Shown: positions 9,294-19,138, counted from the first letter of the stretch. The stretch: 25,352 nucleotides of DNA from an uncultured Desulfovibrionaceae bacterium (GCA_964369985.1 CAYJHN010000002.1:9719-35070), one strand, 5' to 3'. The notes: generated by a model not told the origin, from the sequence alone. Numbers and translations are program-made.

Positions 9294-10331
9294 TTATTCT
9301 GATATTGTTTTTTTCCATTTTTTAAAATATATATCAATGTTTTCTGCAACATCTTCAAGGCATATACTTCTGATGTCTTCTTCATTATTTGTTTGTACTT
9401 CTTTTTTTGTAATCATATTTATGTCATTTTCTCCCAAAGGTCTCCAAACCTTTAGATTATAACGAGAAATTAGCGACAATATAGGACATTCAACTGCTGA
9501 GGCAATGTGTGTTGGGCCAGATGAAGAACAAACAAGCAAATTACTTGACTTTAAATAAGCCGCAGTTTCATAAATATCAGTACCAATATATGTTGTATAA
9601 ATATTTTTTGGTAAGTGTTCAAATGCTTTAAGTAATGGAATATCGCCAGGGCCTGCCATAACAACAATTTCAAATTGTTTTGATGCAGAATATTTATCAT
9701 GTAAAAATTCTACAAGCTTAGCATAAGATTGTTCAGCCCAGCGATGCTTAAAAGGTTTTTTCATATTCCCAATAAAAAGCACTGCTCTAAAAACATCTTT
9801 TGCCTTAGGATAGGCTGTATCCATCTTTTCTTGAATATTTTGTGGAATTTCCAAAATAGGCTGCATTTTATCAATTTTTAAGCCAATATTTTCAGCTAAA
9901 CCCTGAAAAATCTCATAAACATGTTGCTTATCAGGATACTGTGCTGTGTGCGTATACACTTTATCATTCATACCACCAGAAAAAGCTATTTTATACTTTG
10001 CAGGTATGTATTTTACCACAAAAGACGAAGTTCTTGAAGATGAGGTTAGACATAAAATAGTATCATACTTTGCAAAAATAAGTTTAATCCAAGTTGGTAT
10101 AAAAGAAAGAATTCTTCTTTTATTAAAGGAATATACTGAATTTATATCTTTATTATATTGCAATACTTGCCAATTTAAAGAGGATGCAAGCATATCAATT
10201 TGTGCATCAGGATAAGCCTCCCTCAAAGCCTTAATAATTGGCGTTGAAACTAGCATATCACCAATTCTATCAAGACGAACGAGCAAAATTTTCTTTGAAT
10301 TTAGTTTTTTTATATCAGTTAAAACTTCCAT
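9294..10331 (-). CDS. Glycosyltransferase family 9 (LPS heptosyltransferase-like)
   Basis: N-terminal KKILLVRLDRIGDMLVSTPIIKALREAYPDAQID and C-terminal SSGPTHIASAV and WRP, typical of the GT9 GT-B fold. Confidence 0.88.
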   Translation of the reverse strand: MEVLTDIKKLNSKKILLVRLDRIGDMLVSTPIIKALREAYPDAQIDMLASSLNWQVLQYNKDINSVYSFNKRRILSFIPTWIKLIFAKYDTILCLTSSSRTSSFVVKYIPAKYKIAFSGGMNDKVYTHTAQYPDKQHVYEIFQGLAENIGLKIDKMQPILEIPQNIQEKMDTAYPKAKDVFRAVLFIGNMKKPFKHRWAEQSYAKLVEFLHDKYSASKQFEIVVMAGPGDIPLLKAFEHLPKNIYTTYIGTDIYETAAYLKSSNLLVCSSSGPTHIASAVECPILSLISRYNLKVWRPLGENDINMITKKEVQTNNEEDIRSICLEDVAENIDIYFKKWKKTISE

Positions 10332-10467
10332 ATTCCCTTAAAATCCTCATGGCAAGCTAGATTTAGCAGTTTAAAATAACAGAAAATACTATTTGAGTTT
10401 TATTGTATTTTTTTATAAACTCAGATGTCTTTTATAAGAAATTAATGCAAATGTAAAGGAATTTTCG

Positions 10468-11439
10468 ATGTTCTCTTTCTTTGATATAGATAAAAACAAC
10501 GCTTCACACAAATTAGTTGGCTGCGTAGCTACAATTGGTAATTTTGACGGAGTGCATTTGGCACATAAAAAATTGCTTTCTAAATGTGATGAAGAAGCTA
10601 AAAAAAGAAATTTGCCCTCTGTTGCAATAACTTTTGACCCGCACCCAAGTAAATTATTTTCAAAAAATCCAATTCTTCCTCTTATTGATTTAGAACAAAA
10701 ATTAAAAAGAATAGAAGAACTTGGAATAGACTATACTTTTGTTATTCCCTTTACACAAAATTTTGCAAAGCAAAGTTCTAAAGAATTTATTCAAGAAATT
10801 TTGATAGATATCTTGCATTGTAAAAAACTTATCGTTGGTTATAATTTTTGTATGGGTTCAGATAAGCTCGCATGCTCAGAACTTGAAAAAGATCTTAGTC
10901 AACATGATTGTCTTTTAGAAATCCAAGAAAAAGTCACCTATATAGATGAAAATAATGAAGAACACACTATTTCATCTACATCAATAAGACAAGCTCTAGA
11001 AAATGGTGAAATAAAAAAAGTCAATGAAATGCTAGGACATAAGCATATTGTTTATGGTATAGTAGAACATGGTGCAAAGCGTGGAGGAGCGCAGCTTGGC
11101 TTTCCTACAGCAAATTTAGACACTGGAAATATGCTTTTACCCCAAAAAGGTGTCTATGCAACACAGATTTCATTTCCAAATAAAAAAGACGAAAAAGTAT
11201 ATAAATCAATCTCAAATATCGGTTATAATCCAACTTTTAATGGCAAAAAACTTCTTATAGAAACTTTTATACTAGATTTTAACGAGCAAATTTATAACGA
11301 AAAACTACAAGTAGCCTTTCTCACTCGCATACGAGATGAAAAGAAATTCAATTCAATTAACGAACTTGTCGCACAATTAAATAAAGATAAAATTTTTAGA
11401 GAAAATCTTTGTATGCAAAATCTTTATAAAAAACTTTAG
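10468..11439 (+). CDS. ribF: Bifunctional riboflavin kinase / FAD synthetase
   Basis: Motifs TIGNFDGVHLAH, TFDPHP, ISSTSIR, LGFPTAN, NIGYNPTF and RIRDEKKF. Confidence 0.96.
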   Translation: MFSFFDIDKNNASHKLVGCVATIGNFDGVHLAHKKLLSKCDEEAKKRNLPSVAITFDPHPSKLFSKNPILPLIDLEQKLKRIEELGIDYTFVIPFTQNFAKQSSKEFIQEILIDILHCKKLIVGYNFCMGSDKLACSELEKDLSQHDCLLEIQEKVTYIDENNEEHTISSTSIRQALENGEIKKVNEMLGHKHIVYGIVEHGAKRGGAQLGFPTANLDTGNMLLPQKGVYATQISFPNKKDEKVYKSISNIGYNPTFNGKKLLIETFILDFNEQIYNEKLQVAFLTRIRDEKKFNSINELVAQLNKDKIFRENLCMQNLYKKL

Positions 11440-11475
11440 TATTATAGCAAAATAAATACTTAGAAAAGATGTTAT

Positions 11476-11504
11476 TTGCTTTTATAACTAATATCATTTA
11501 TACT
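11476..11504 (+). promoter_or_regulatory. Candidate sigma70 promoter for hisB
   Basis: TTGCTT (11476-11481), 17 nt, TATACT (11499-11504), followed by the AAGGA Shine-Dalgarno. Confidence 0.5.
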
Positions 11505-11533
11505 TTGATTACTTCTATATATAAGGAAAATTT

Positions 11534-12118
11534 ATGCGTAAAGCACAATACAAAAGAGAAACAAAAGAAACAAATATTACTCTTTCGCTCAATATTGATG
11601 GCGAGGGAAAAAATCAAATATCTAGCGGATTTGGTCTATTAGACCACTTTCTTACCCTCTTGTCTTTTTGGGCACAATTTGACCTTGAAATTACATGCAA
11701 AGGCGATACTTATATAGATAATCATCACTCAGCTGAAGATATTGGTATAAGCTTAGGCACTGCTCTTATTCAAGCTATGGGTGACAGAAAGGGAATTAAA
11801 AGAGTAGCTTGTGCAAAAGTTCCAATGGACGAAGCCCTTACTGAAGTTTGTATAGATCTTTCAGGAAGACCTTGGCTTGAATGGAGAAATGCAGAAATTT
11901 TACCGCCAACTTTAGCAAACGAAGAAATTGACATTTGGCGTGAATTTTATAAATCACTCGCATTTAGTGGCAAGTTTAATCTACACGTCAATTTTTGCTA
12001 TGGCAAAAATGGACATCATCTATTAGAATCCGTTGCAAAAGGTTTAGGCCTTGCCTTAAAAGAAGCGTTAAAGATTGAAGGAAATAGAATTTCAAGCACC
12101 AAAGGGCATCTTGAATAG
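11534..12118 (+). CDS. hisB: Imidazoleglycerol-phosphate dehydratase
   Basis: Motifs RETKET, DNHHSAED, PMDEAL, DLSGRP, GKNGHHLLES and SSTKG. Confidence 0.96.
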   Translation: MRKAQYKRETKETNITLSLNIDGEGKNQISSGFGLLDHFLTLLSFWAQFDLEITCKGDTYIDNHHSAEDIGISLGTALIQAMGDRKGIKRVACAKVPMDEALTEVCIDLSGRPWLEWRNAEILPPTLANEEIDIWREFYKSLAFSGKFNLHVNFCYGKNGHHLLESVAKGLGLALKEALKIEGNRISSTKGHLE

Positions 12119-12172
12119 TATACTCAAACTTCATTACTTATAATTTTAAAATTTCAATTATACGGAGCTAAA

Positions 12173-12808
12173 GTGAAAAAACTACATATTCTTTTTCTCG
12201 CATGCCTAGTATTTATGACAAATGCTTGTAGCAAGAAAGACCCTAATCTTTTTGAACTTCCATCTCTCAAAACCGCTGTTCTTCCTGTGTTCCAACCTAT
12301 GAACACCACTGAGCTTATTGCAGGTTATTTTCCAGAAGACAGACTTTTAGCTGAAGAAAATCAATTAAAACAAATTGATAATCTTATTAAATCGAAAATA
12401 TCTGCCGTCAACCCACAAATAATTTATTTAGATACTATTCAAGAAAAAGAATTTATTGATAAAATCGAAGATACAAATATAAAAGGCATGCTTGCTTATT
12501 GGGTAGCACTAGGAAAACACAAAGAAATTGAACTACTTATATTACCTCAAGTAGCTTATTATAACAGCATACCTACAACAGCAAATAAAAACACTGCTCT
12601 TATGCTAGATTTTTTTCTTATAGATACAAGAAATGATGGCGCATTACTTAAACGAGCACATTTTGCTGAGGAAATACAACTAGATGACGATGAAACAGAA
12701 GGCATGCTTTCTTTTTCACGAAGCATTGAAGCTGACAACATGGATGAATTATTAAATGATGGTATTGATAGCATGATTGAAATACTTAATCTATCAGCAA
12801 ACAACTAA
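12173..12808 (+). CDS. Putative lipoprotein, function unknown
   Basis: GGAG Shine-Dalgarno and GTG start. Signal peptide MKK-hydrophobic-TNA/C with a lipobox Cys at residue 19. Acidic C-terminus. Confidence 0.75.
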   Translation: MKKLHILFLACLVFMTNACSKKDPNLFELPSLKTAVLPVFQPMNTTELIAGYFPEDRLLAEENQLKQIDNLIKSKISAVNPQIIYLDTIQEKEFIDKIEDTNIKGMLAYWVALGKHKEIELLILPQVAYYNSIPTTANKNTALMLDFFLIDTRNDGALLKRAHFAEEIQLDDDETEGMLSFSRSIEADNMDELLNDGIDSMIEILNLSANN

Positions 12809-12841
12809 AATTATAATCTTATTCTAAAAAAAATAATAAAG

Positions 12842-12967
12842 TAAAAAAGCTCAGATTTTAAGTGAGAGCAAGAAAGAAATATTTTCTGTGTAAGGAGTGT
12901 AGCAAAGCCTACATGATTAAACAAAAATTTTTCCAACGATGCTATTACAAAAATATGGGCTTTTTTA
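12842..12967. repeat. ~125-bp imperfect palindromic intergenic element (REP/MITE/RPE-like), probably also acting as a bidirectional terminator
   Basis: Outer arms TAAAAAAGCTCAGATTTT and AAAATATGGGCTTTTTTA are complementary at 16/18 positions. Nested stems GTGAGAGCA/TGCTATTAC and an apical TGTAG-CAAAGC-CTACA. Confidence 0.65.
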
Positions 12968-12972
12968 TTATT

Positions 12973-13716
12973 TTATTCATCAATCCAAATAAATGAACCC
13001 TGTCTACCACTTTTTTGCACTCTTCTATAAGAGAAAAACATATCTTTATTAGCATAAGTACATAAGTCAATGGAATATATATGAGAATAAGGAAGCCCAG
13101 CTTCAAAAAGTTGATCTTTTGTGAGTTGCCACAAATCTACATTTTTATTGTTTTTATCAAACCACTTGTCAAATTCTGCCCCCCACTCTGAATCGTAATT
13201 TATAAATTCAGCCATATAAGGCGAAAGTGAAGGCCCCCTTACAGCATATAAATTTTCTGCTTTTAATTCATATTTTTCACAAAATTCTTTTATTGCAATT
13301 TGCGAATATTTTTGTTTATTTCCTCGCCATCCAGAATGTAGGGCTAGTATATGTTTTCCTTGTTTTTCTGTAATTAAAATAGGCTGACAATCCGCTGTTT
13401 TAATACAAAGAGCATGTTTTATTTTATCTGTAGCCATGCCATCAGCTCTAAAATCTACAAAACTTTCTGCACTTGCAGGTGCTGGATCAAAAAGAGTATC
13501 AATTCCATGCACTTGCACTACGTCAGAAAAGGCATTTACCTTTAATACATCGCATATCATTGCTCTATTTTTTATAACATTTTCTCTTTCATCACCCACT
13601 TCAAAAGATAGATTTCCACCTGCATATACGCCATATTCTTCGCCCTGAGAGCGAACTTGAAAAGCACAACTTACCTTTGGTACTTCTGGAAATACAAAAT
13701 TTATGAATTGCAACAT
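12973..13716 (-). CDS. pgeF: YfiH/PgeF family protein (purine nucleoside phosphorylase / peptidoglycan editing factor, laccase-domain)
   Basis: Motifs NLSFEVGD, QVHG, ADG, KTADCQPIL, HSGWRG, GPSL, CT and FFSYRR--GRQ. Confidence 0.9.
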   Translation of the reverse strand: MLQFINFVFPEVPKVSCAFQVRSQGEEYGVYAGGNLSFEVGDERENVIKNRAMICDVLKVNAFSDVVQVHGIDTLFDPAPASAESFVDFRADGMATDKIKHALCIKTADCQPILITEKQGKHILALHSGWRGNKQKYSQIAIKEFCEKYELKAENLYAVRGPSLSPYMAEFINYDSEWGAEFDKWFDKNNKNVDLWQLTKDQLFEAGLPYSHIYSIDLCTYANKDMFFSYRRVQKSGRQGSFIWIDE

Positions 13717-14312
13717 ATAAAATTTTCCTCGTTAACTAAATATTTCAATGGAATATCCCAATGCTTTACCTCTATTTCATCTGTATGCTGAAATAAAAAA
13801 ACTAAAGAAAGTGGTATATAATTTCCTTTTGATAAAAATCTATCATAAAAACCACCTCCATAACCAAGTCGATATCCTTCTGAATTATAAGCTAAACACG
13901 GCATAATAACTAATGTGTTTTCTGGAACAGTCACAGCAGAAAAGGCATTTTTAGGTTCTAAAATTCCAAAATAGCCTTCCTGAAAAGCCTCATTAAAATT
14001 CTCTTTTTTTATACATACAAATTCCATTTTTCCATATTCCCCACTTTCTAAAAAAGAAAGGCAACGCGGAAAATAGATGTTTTTATTAGTTTTATACGCA
14101 TCTTCAATTAAAAGTGATGTATCAACTTCACCTCTAAAAGGCATATATATAGCAAGGTTTTGAATATTTTTCCAAAGTTCGCTCTCTAAAAGTTGTACTT
14201 GACATTTTCTTGATAATTCAGTATATTCCTCGTGTTGCTTATAGAAAAGCAAACGTTTTTTTCTCATTTCTTCGCGAATTTGTTTATTTGTACTTAGTGA
14301 GTTTGTGTTCAT
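13701..14312 (-). CDS. ygfA: 5-formyltetrahydrofolate cyclo-ligase
   Basis: Motifs YMPFRGEVDT, FPR, FGILEP and GYRLGYGGGFYDRFL, then HWD. Confidence 0.93.
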   Translation of the reverse strand: MNTNSLSTNKQIREEMRKKRLLFYKQHEEYTELSRKCQVQLLESELWKNIQNLAIYMPFRGEVDTSLLIEDAYKTNKNIYFPRCLSFLESGEYGKMEFVCIKKENFNEAFQEGYFGILEPKNAFSAVTVPENTLVIMPCLAYNSEGYRLGYGGGFYDRFLSKGNYIPLSLVFLFQHTDEIEVKHWDIPLKYLVNEENFICCNS

Positions 14313-14730
14313 TTTTTGATTTTCCTTATAAATTGAGCTCTTATGAATAAAAGCACTAATATGAAAAAATAATGAGAAAGAGGCAAGTGTAATTTCAGTT
14401 ATTTATACTATGTGAATTTATAAAAAAGTGCAATAATTTAAGAATGTAATTTCTCTTTATTTTATCTAGCAAATCTTTATTTTTCTTTATGGACATTAAA
14501 TCTGAAGGTATTTCATTTTAGATTAAATAAAATTATAGAACTACTTTTTATTTTACAAGTTTATACTACTGTAATTTTTCGATAAAACTTTTCATTTCTT
14601 TTATAAGAAAACTTATGCCTTTATAAAAGTTTTAAAAATAATTTTCTCACCTCAACTTTTTAGCTCATATTTTTTATGTGCTTATATGCTTAATAGCAAA
14701 AGAAATTTTCAAAAATAAATAGGAATTTTT

Positions 14731-17700
14731 ATGACAAAAACACAAAACACTGTATCAACTACAGGCGACAACTTGCAAGAAGAAAAAAAAGTAGCAAGAA
14801 GAGGTCGTCCAAAAAAATCAGAACAAAATATAGAAACAGTTGCTGTTCCAGTTGCTGAACAAGCACCTGTTGTGAAAACAAGAAAACCTCGCACAAGCAC
14901 TACAATAAACAATGAAATAAAACCATTAGACACTCCAAAAAGCAAAAGAAAAACTCCTGAAAAAGCAATTCATAATGAAGAAGAAGCTCAAGTGCAAAGT
15001 TTAGAAAAAAAACAAAATTTAGTAACTGAAGAAAAGGCTATTACTAAAAATGCAATTTCTAAAAAAACAACAACTCAGGCAAATAGCAAAATAAATGCTC
15101 AAGAAAATGAAGTACTTGTTCCGAAAAAAAGAGGTAGAAAACCAAAAGAAATTATAAATCTCGCTCAAGATTTAGAATTACCACAAGAAGTAAGAGAACT
15201 AGAAAACTCTTTAGCTGCACCAAAAACAAAAAAGCCTGTGAAAACAAAGACTAGAGAAGAAACTTTTACTGAAACATTTGCACCAAATGACGCTATACAA
15301 AACTATAATGCTCAATTTATTGCTGCTGAAGAATCTTTATACACAAAAAGCAAAAATTTCGGTCTTCCATCAGATAAACACGAAAGCATTCAACTACTTC
15401 CAACACAAATGGACGAAAATGCTAAAATAAATAAATTAAAAAGAAGAAATACATTAGCTAAAGAACAAAACAATTTAGAACACGTAGGACAAGAAGAACA
15501 AAACTACAGAGATAACAAACAAAATCGTGGACTTAGCAAAAACTTCTTCAAAAGAGTACCTCTTGATGATAATGCCATACATCAAAGAGAAAGTATGCAT
15601 AATCCAATGCTTTACCCTGCTCCAAAGCAGTTACAAGGCAAAGTGCAACAAAAGAAACAAAATATTAATCCGCAAACATTTACGCATGAACAAGAGCCTT
15701 TCTACCCTCATTCTATGCCTCAGTACAACGTGCAAGAAGCTTCGCCTGAAACACAGTATGTAAATTGGCAAAACAATAGACAAAAAACACAAAATAAAAA
15801 TTTTCCTTACCCAAAAAACAACCAAAATAATCAGCAAAATCAAAAAAGGCAAAATCAAAGACAGCATACTGTAAAAAATATGCCACAACCTGCTTTTGAT
15901 AATTCTTCAATTATTGCGGCTATTAGTGGTAAATCATTTGAAGATGACATGTATCCACCTATGCAAAATCTTTCTTTTGCACAAACAAATTTCCAACCTC
16001 AGCTTCAACCAACTCCGCCTTTAGCAAATAATGCTTTTTCAAAGAAAGCTCGCCCACAAAGAAATCAAAAAAAGAATGGGCAAGTACATAACAGCTTTAA
16101 AATGAATGAACAAGCAATACCTTCTGACGAAAGCTCTTTATTGCATCAAAATATGATGTATCAGCGTAGTCAAGCTAGTGTTCAACAGAATGAAGCGCCA
16201 AGAAAAAATAATAAAAATCTGCATAATGTTGATCCAGCAAATCTCACTAAACTTCCTTTCTTTGCCCAAACAGCCTTAGAACATAAGGACGAACTTAATA
16301 TTCTTCCAACTGACAATAATGAAAATCCCTATTACACAATTGAACAAGCCCCTGTAATTCAAGAAGAAATTGTTGAAAAAAAGACACGCGGTCGCAAGAA
16401 AAAAGTTGAAACTATTGTTGAAGAAGAAGTAAGCAATGATTTGAAAATGTTTGTTTCAGTGCAGTCAGAAGAGCAAGTTGAAGTTGCTCTTGTAAAAGAC
16501 GAAACTGTTGTTGAATATTTTGTTGAAATGAGCCACCAAGCGAAGATTCGCGGCAATATTTATAAAGCAACTATTCATAATGTTGATCCAAACCTTCAAG
16601 CAGCATTTATTAATTTTGGTTCTGTAAAAAATGGATTTTTACAAATAGACGAAGTGCATCCCGACTATTATCTTAGCCCGCATGCTCCTTCAAAAAACCA
16701 TAAATTCCCACTAATTAGCAAGGTTTTGCGTCCTGGTCAAGAGCTTTTTGTTCAAATTGTAAAAGAACCAACCCTCACTAAAGGGGCTTTTCTCACTACA
16801 TGGATTTCGCTTGCTGGAAGATATCTTGTTCTTACTCCGGGACAAGAACAACTTGGTGTTTCTCGTAAAGTTTCTGATCCTGACGAAAGAGCACGTTTGC
16901 GTGCTATGCTTGACGGCATAAACCCAGACAAAGGCATGGGAATCATTATCAGAACTGCGGCTGCCCACGCAAGTCAAGAAGAACTACAAGCTGATCTTGA
17001 TTACTTACAAAAACTCTGGCTTGATATTTTAGAAAAATCTAATGAAAAAAGTGCACCTGCATTAGTTCATCAAGAAGTGGAACTAACTCAAAGAGTTGTG
17101 CGTGATTATCTAAATGAAAACGTTGGTGAAATTTGGACTAACGATAAAGAAATGGCACATTCAATCACAAAAATGGCTGAACTTCTTTATCCGCAAAAGG
17201 CAAATATTGTAAGGCATTTCAATAATCAACGTGCTAGTCTTTGGGATAGATTTAATCTCCAAAAACAAATTGATGAAATTTCACATCGTGAAGTAGCGCT
17301 TCCATCTGGCGGCAGAGTTGTTTTTGATCAAACAGAAGCACTTATGGCTATTGACATAAACTCTGGCAAAACACAAAACAAATCAAACTTCCACGACATG
17401 GTGCTTCAAACAAATATTGAAGCAGCACAGGCCATTGCAAGGCATTTACGCCTTCGTGATATTGGCGGACAAATAGTTATCGACTTTATAGAAGTGCATG
17501 ATAAAAATGCAGTTAAAGAAATAGAGAAAGCCTTTAAAAATGCTATGCGTCATGATAGAGCTAGGTATGAAATTGGCCATATTTCACCATTTGGTCTGCT
17601 TGAAGTAATACGCCAAAGAATAGGCTCCTCTGCAATTTCAATTTCAACTGAACCATGCCCGCATTGTAATGGCACAGGCACAAGAAGAAATATGGAATGG

Positions 17701-17874
17701 CAAGCACAAGACGCTCTCAAAGAAATTGCAAAAAAAGCAAGGCAAGAAAAAACTATTAAATACGTATATACAACAAATACTGAACTCGCCCTCTATCTGC
17801 TCAATATGAAAAGAGATAGAATTTCTGAACTTGAAGAAAGATTCAATGTACGTATAGAAATTCAAGCAGGATAA
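14731..17874 (+). CDS. rne: Ribonuclease E/G family with a ~570-aa N-terminal disordered extension
   Basis: The catalytic domain starts at about 16441: GNIYKA, AAFINFG--KNGFL, ISLAGRYLVL, TEALMAIDINSG, LRLRDIGGQIVIDFI and the Zn-link CPHCNGTG. AGGA Shine-Dalgarno before 14731. Confidence 0.95.
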   Translation: MTKTQNTVSTTGDNLQEEKKVARRGRPKKSEQNIETVAVPVAEQAPVVKTRKPRTSTTINNEIKPLDTPKSKRKTPEKAIHNEEEAQVQSLEKKQNLVTEEKAITKNAISKKTTTQANSKINAQENEVLVPKKRGRKPKEIINLAQDLELPQEVRELENSLAAPKTKKPVKTKTREETFTETFAPNDAIQNYNAQFIAAEESLYTKSKNFGLPSDKHESIQLLPTQMDENAKINKLKRRNTLAKEQNNLEHVGQEEQNYRDNKQNRGLSKNFFKRVPLDDNAIHQRESMHNPMLYPAPKQLQGKVQQKKQNINPQTFTHEQEPFYPHSMPQYNVQEASPETQYVNWQNNRQKTQNKNFPYPKNNQNNQQNQKRQNQRQHTVKNMPQPAFDNSSIIAAISGKSFEDDMYPPMQNLSFAQTNFQPQLQPTPPLANNAFSKKARPQRNQKKNGQVHNSFKMNEQAIPSDESSLLHQNMMYQRSQASVQQNEAPRKNNKNLHNVDPANLTKLPFFAQTALEHKDELNILPTDNNENPYYTIEQAPVIQEEIVEKKTRGRKKKVETIVEEEVSNDLKMFVSVQSEEQVEVALVKDETVVEYFVEMSHQAKIRGNIYKATIHNVDPNLQAAFINFGSVKNGFLQIDEVHPDYYLSPHAPSKNHKFPLISKVLRPGQELFVQIVKEPTLTKGAFLTTWISLAGRYLVLTPGQEQLGVSRKVSDPDERARLRAMLDGINPDKGMGIIIRTAAAHASQEELQADLDYLQKLWLDILEKSNEKSAPALVHQEVELTQRVVRDYLNENVGEIWTNDKEMAHSITKMAELLYPQKANIVRHFNNQRASLWDRFNLQKQIDEISHREVALPSGGRVVFDQTEALMAIDINSGKTQNKSNFHDMVLQTNIEAAQAIARHLRLRDIGGQIVIDFIEVHDKNAVKEIEKAFKNAMRHDRARYEIGHISPFGLLEVIRQRIGSSAISISTEPCPHCNGTGTRRNMEWQAQDALKEIAKKARQEKTIKYVYTTNTELALYLLNMKRDRISELEERFNVRIEIQAG

Positions 17875-17884
17875 AATAAGTATT

Positions 17885-17936
17885 TTTGAGTGGAAGAAAC
17901 CACATTTTTTCTAAAGTGTGGTTTTTTCACCTCAAA
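17885..17936 (+). terminator. Terminator-like hairpin after rne
   Basis: TTTGAGTGGAAGAAACCACATTT, loop, AAAGTGTGGTTTTTTCACCTCAAA. Confidence 0.65.
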
Positions 17937-18005
17937 TTCTATTCTCCTTAAAATTATTTTTTTCAATCATTTTTCTTTGTGTGCTTTCCCACAAAAAACT
18001 ATTCT

Positions 18006-19138
18006 ATGACTACAGATAAAGATTTTAAATTATCAAGCTATACCTTTGATTTACCAGAAAAAAACATAGCTCAAGCACCTTCTAAAACTAGAGATTCGTC
18101 TAAACTTTTGGTATATGCAAAAAAATCAAAAGAAAAAGAATTTTCTGAATTTAAAAATATTTTGAACTTCTTACCTTGTTCTGAGCAAGGTTTAAAGCCA
18201 CTTTTTATTGCAAATAACTCAAAAGTAGTTCCAGCAAGGCTCTTTGGTACAAGCCCACACGGAGGAAAGAGAGAATTACTTCTACTCACACCGCCACCGA
18301 TTTTAGAACAAGAAGCACAAAAAATAACACAAATTCTGCCCTTGCCGACGTTTTATTAAAACCCTCAAAAAACGCTAAAATTGGCGATATTTGGGAATTT
18401 ACTCCTTATCTCAAGGTAGAAATACTTGAAAAATACGAATTTGGCAAAAATAAAGTACGCCTTCACTGGGATAAAAATATTACAGAAATATTTTTAGAAT
18501 ACGGCCATCTGCCTCTTCCACCTTATATTAGACGTGTTGAAAACACGAAAGAAGACAAAGAAAGATACCAAACAATCTATGCAGATGACAATAAGGCTGG
18601 TTCTGTTGCTGCACCTACGGCTGGTTTGCATTTTACGCCTGAACTGAAAAAATCTCTCTTAAATGCTGGCTGTTTATGGGAAGAAGTTACCTTACATGTT
18701 GGCTATGGCACTTTCACGCCCGTGCGTGTTGATGATATACGTCAGCATCCTATGCATTCAGAATATTTTGAAATTTCCTCTTCAACAGTAGAAGCTATTT
18801 TGAAAGCAAAGCAAGAAAAAAGACCTGTTATAGCTGTTGGCACAACTTCTTGCCGAGTGCTCGAGGGCTGTGCTGAAAAATGGAACTATCATGAAAATAG
18901 CCTGCTTCCTATTAATGGTATGCTAGATTCAACTAATGTTTTTATCTATCCGCACAAAGAAAATGCTTTTAAAGTTATTGATGCTCTTATTACAAACTTT
19001 CATTTGCCAGAATCTTCATTACTTATGCTCGTTTCTGCCTTTTGCTCTCGTGAGGAAATGCTTGAAATTTATAAAGAAGCCATACAAAAAGATTTTAGAT
19101 TCTTTTCTTATGGCGATGCCATGCTTATAAAGGATTAA
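18006..19138 (+). pseudogene. queA: S-adenosylmethionine:tRNA ribosyltransferase-isomerase QueA, split by a 1-nt frameshift (pseudogene or sequencing error)
   Basis: The 5' frame gives YTFDLP--IAQ, RDSSKLL and NNSKVVPARL. The -1 frame continues LLKPSK, GHLPLPPYIRR, RYQTIYA, GSVAAPTAGLHFT, VGTT, TNFHLP and FFSYGDAMLI. Adding one A at the A6 run (18319-18324) restores a 377-aa protein. Confidence 0.93.

Noticed and set aside
14313..14730. 6S RNA (ssrS), often found upstream of ygfA
   Set aside because: The region is extremely AT-rich and I could not find the long closing stems of a 6S rod structure. An Rfam cmscan would settle it.
15527..17865. Several short alternative-frame or antisense ORFs within rne (and similar ones in rho, ppk1, ppx, hypDE, pnp and truB)
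   Set aside because: They are nested in well-supported genes and show no independent translation signals or motifs.
17979..18359. Independent 126-aa gene, with the 170-aa ORF at 18626-19138 as a second gene
   Set aside because: Both are fragments of one frameshifted queA. The likely start is the ATG at 18006.
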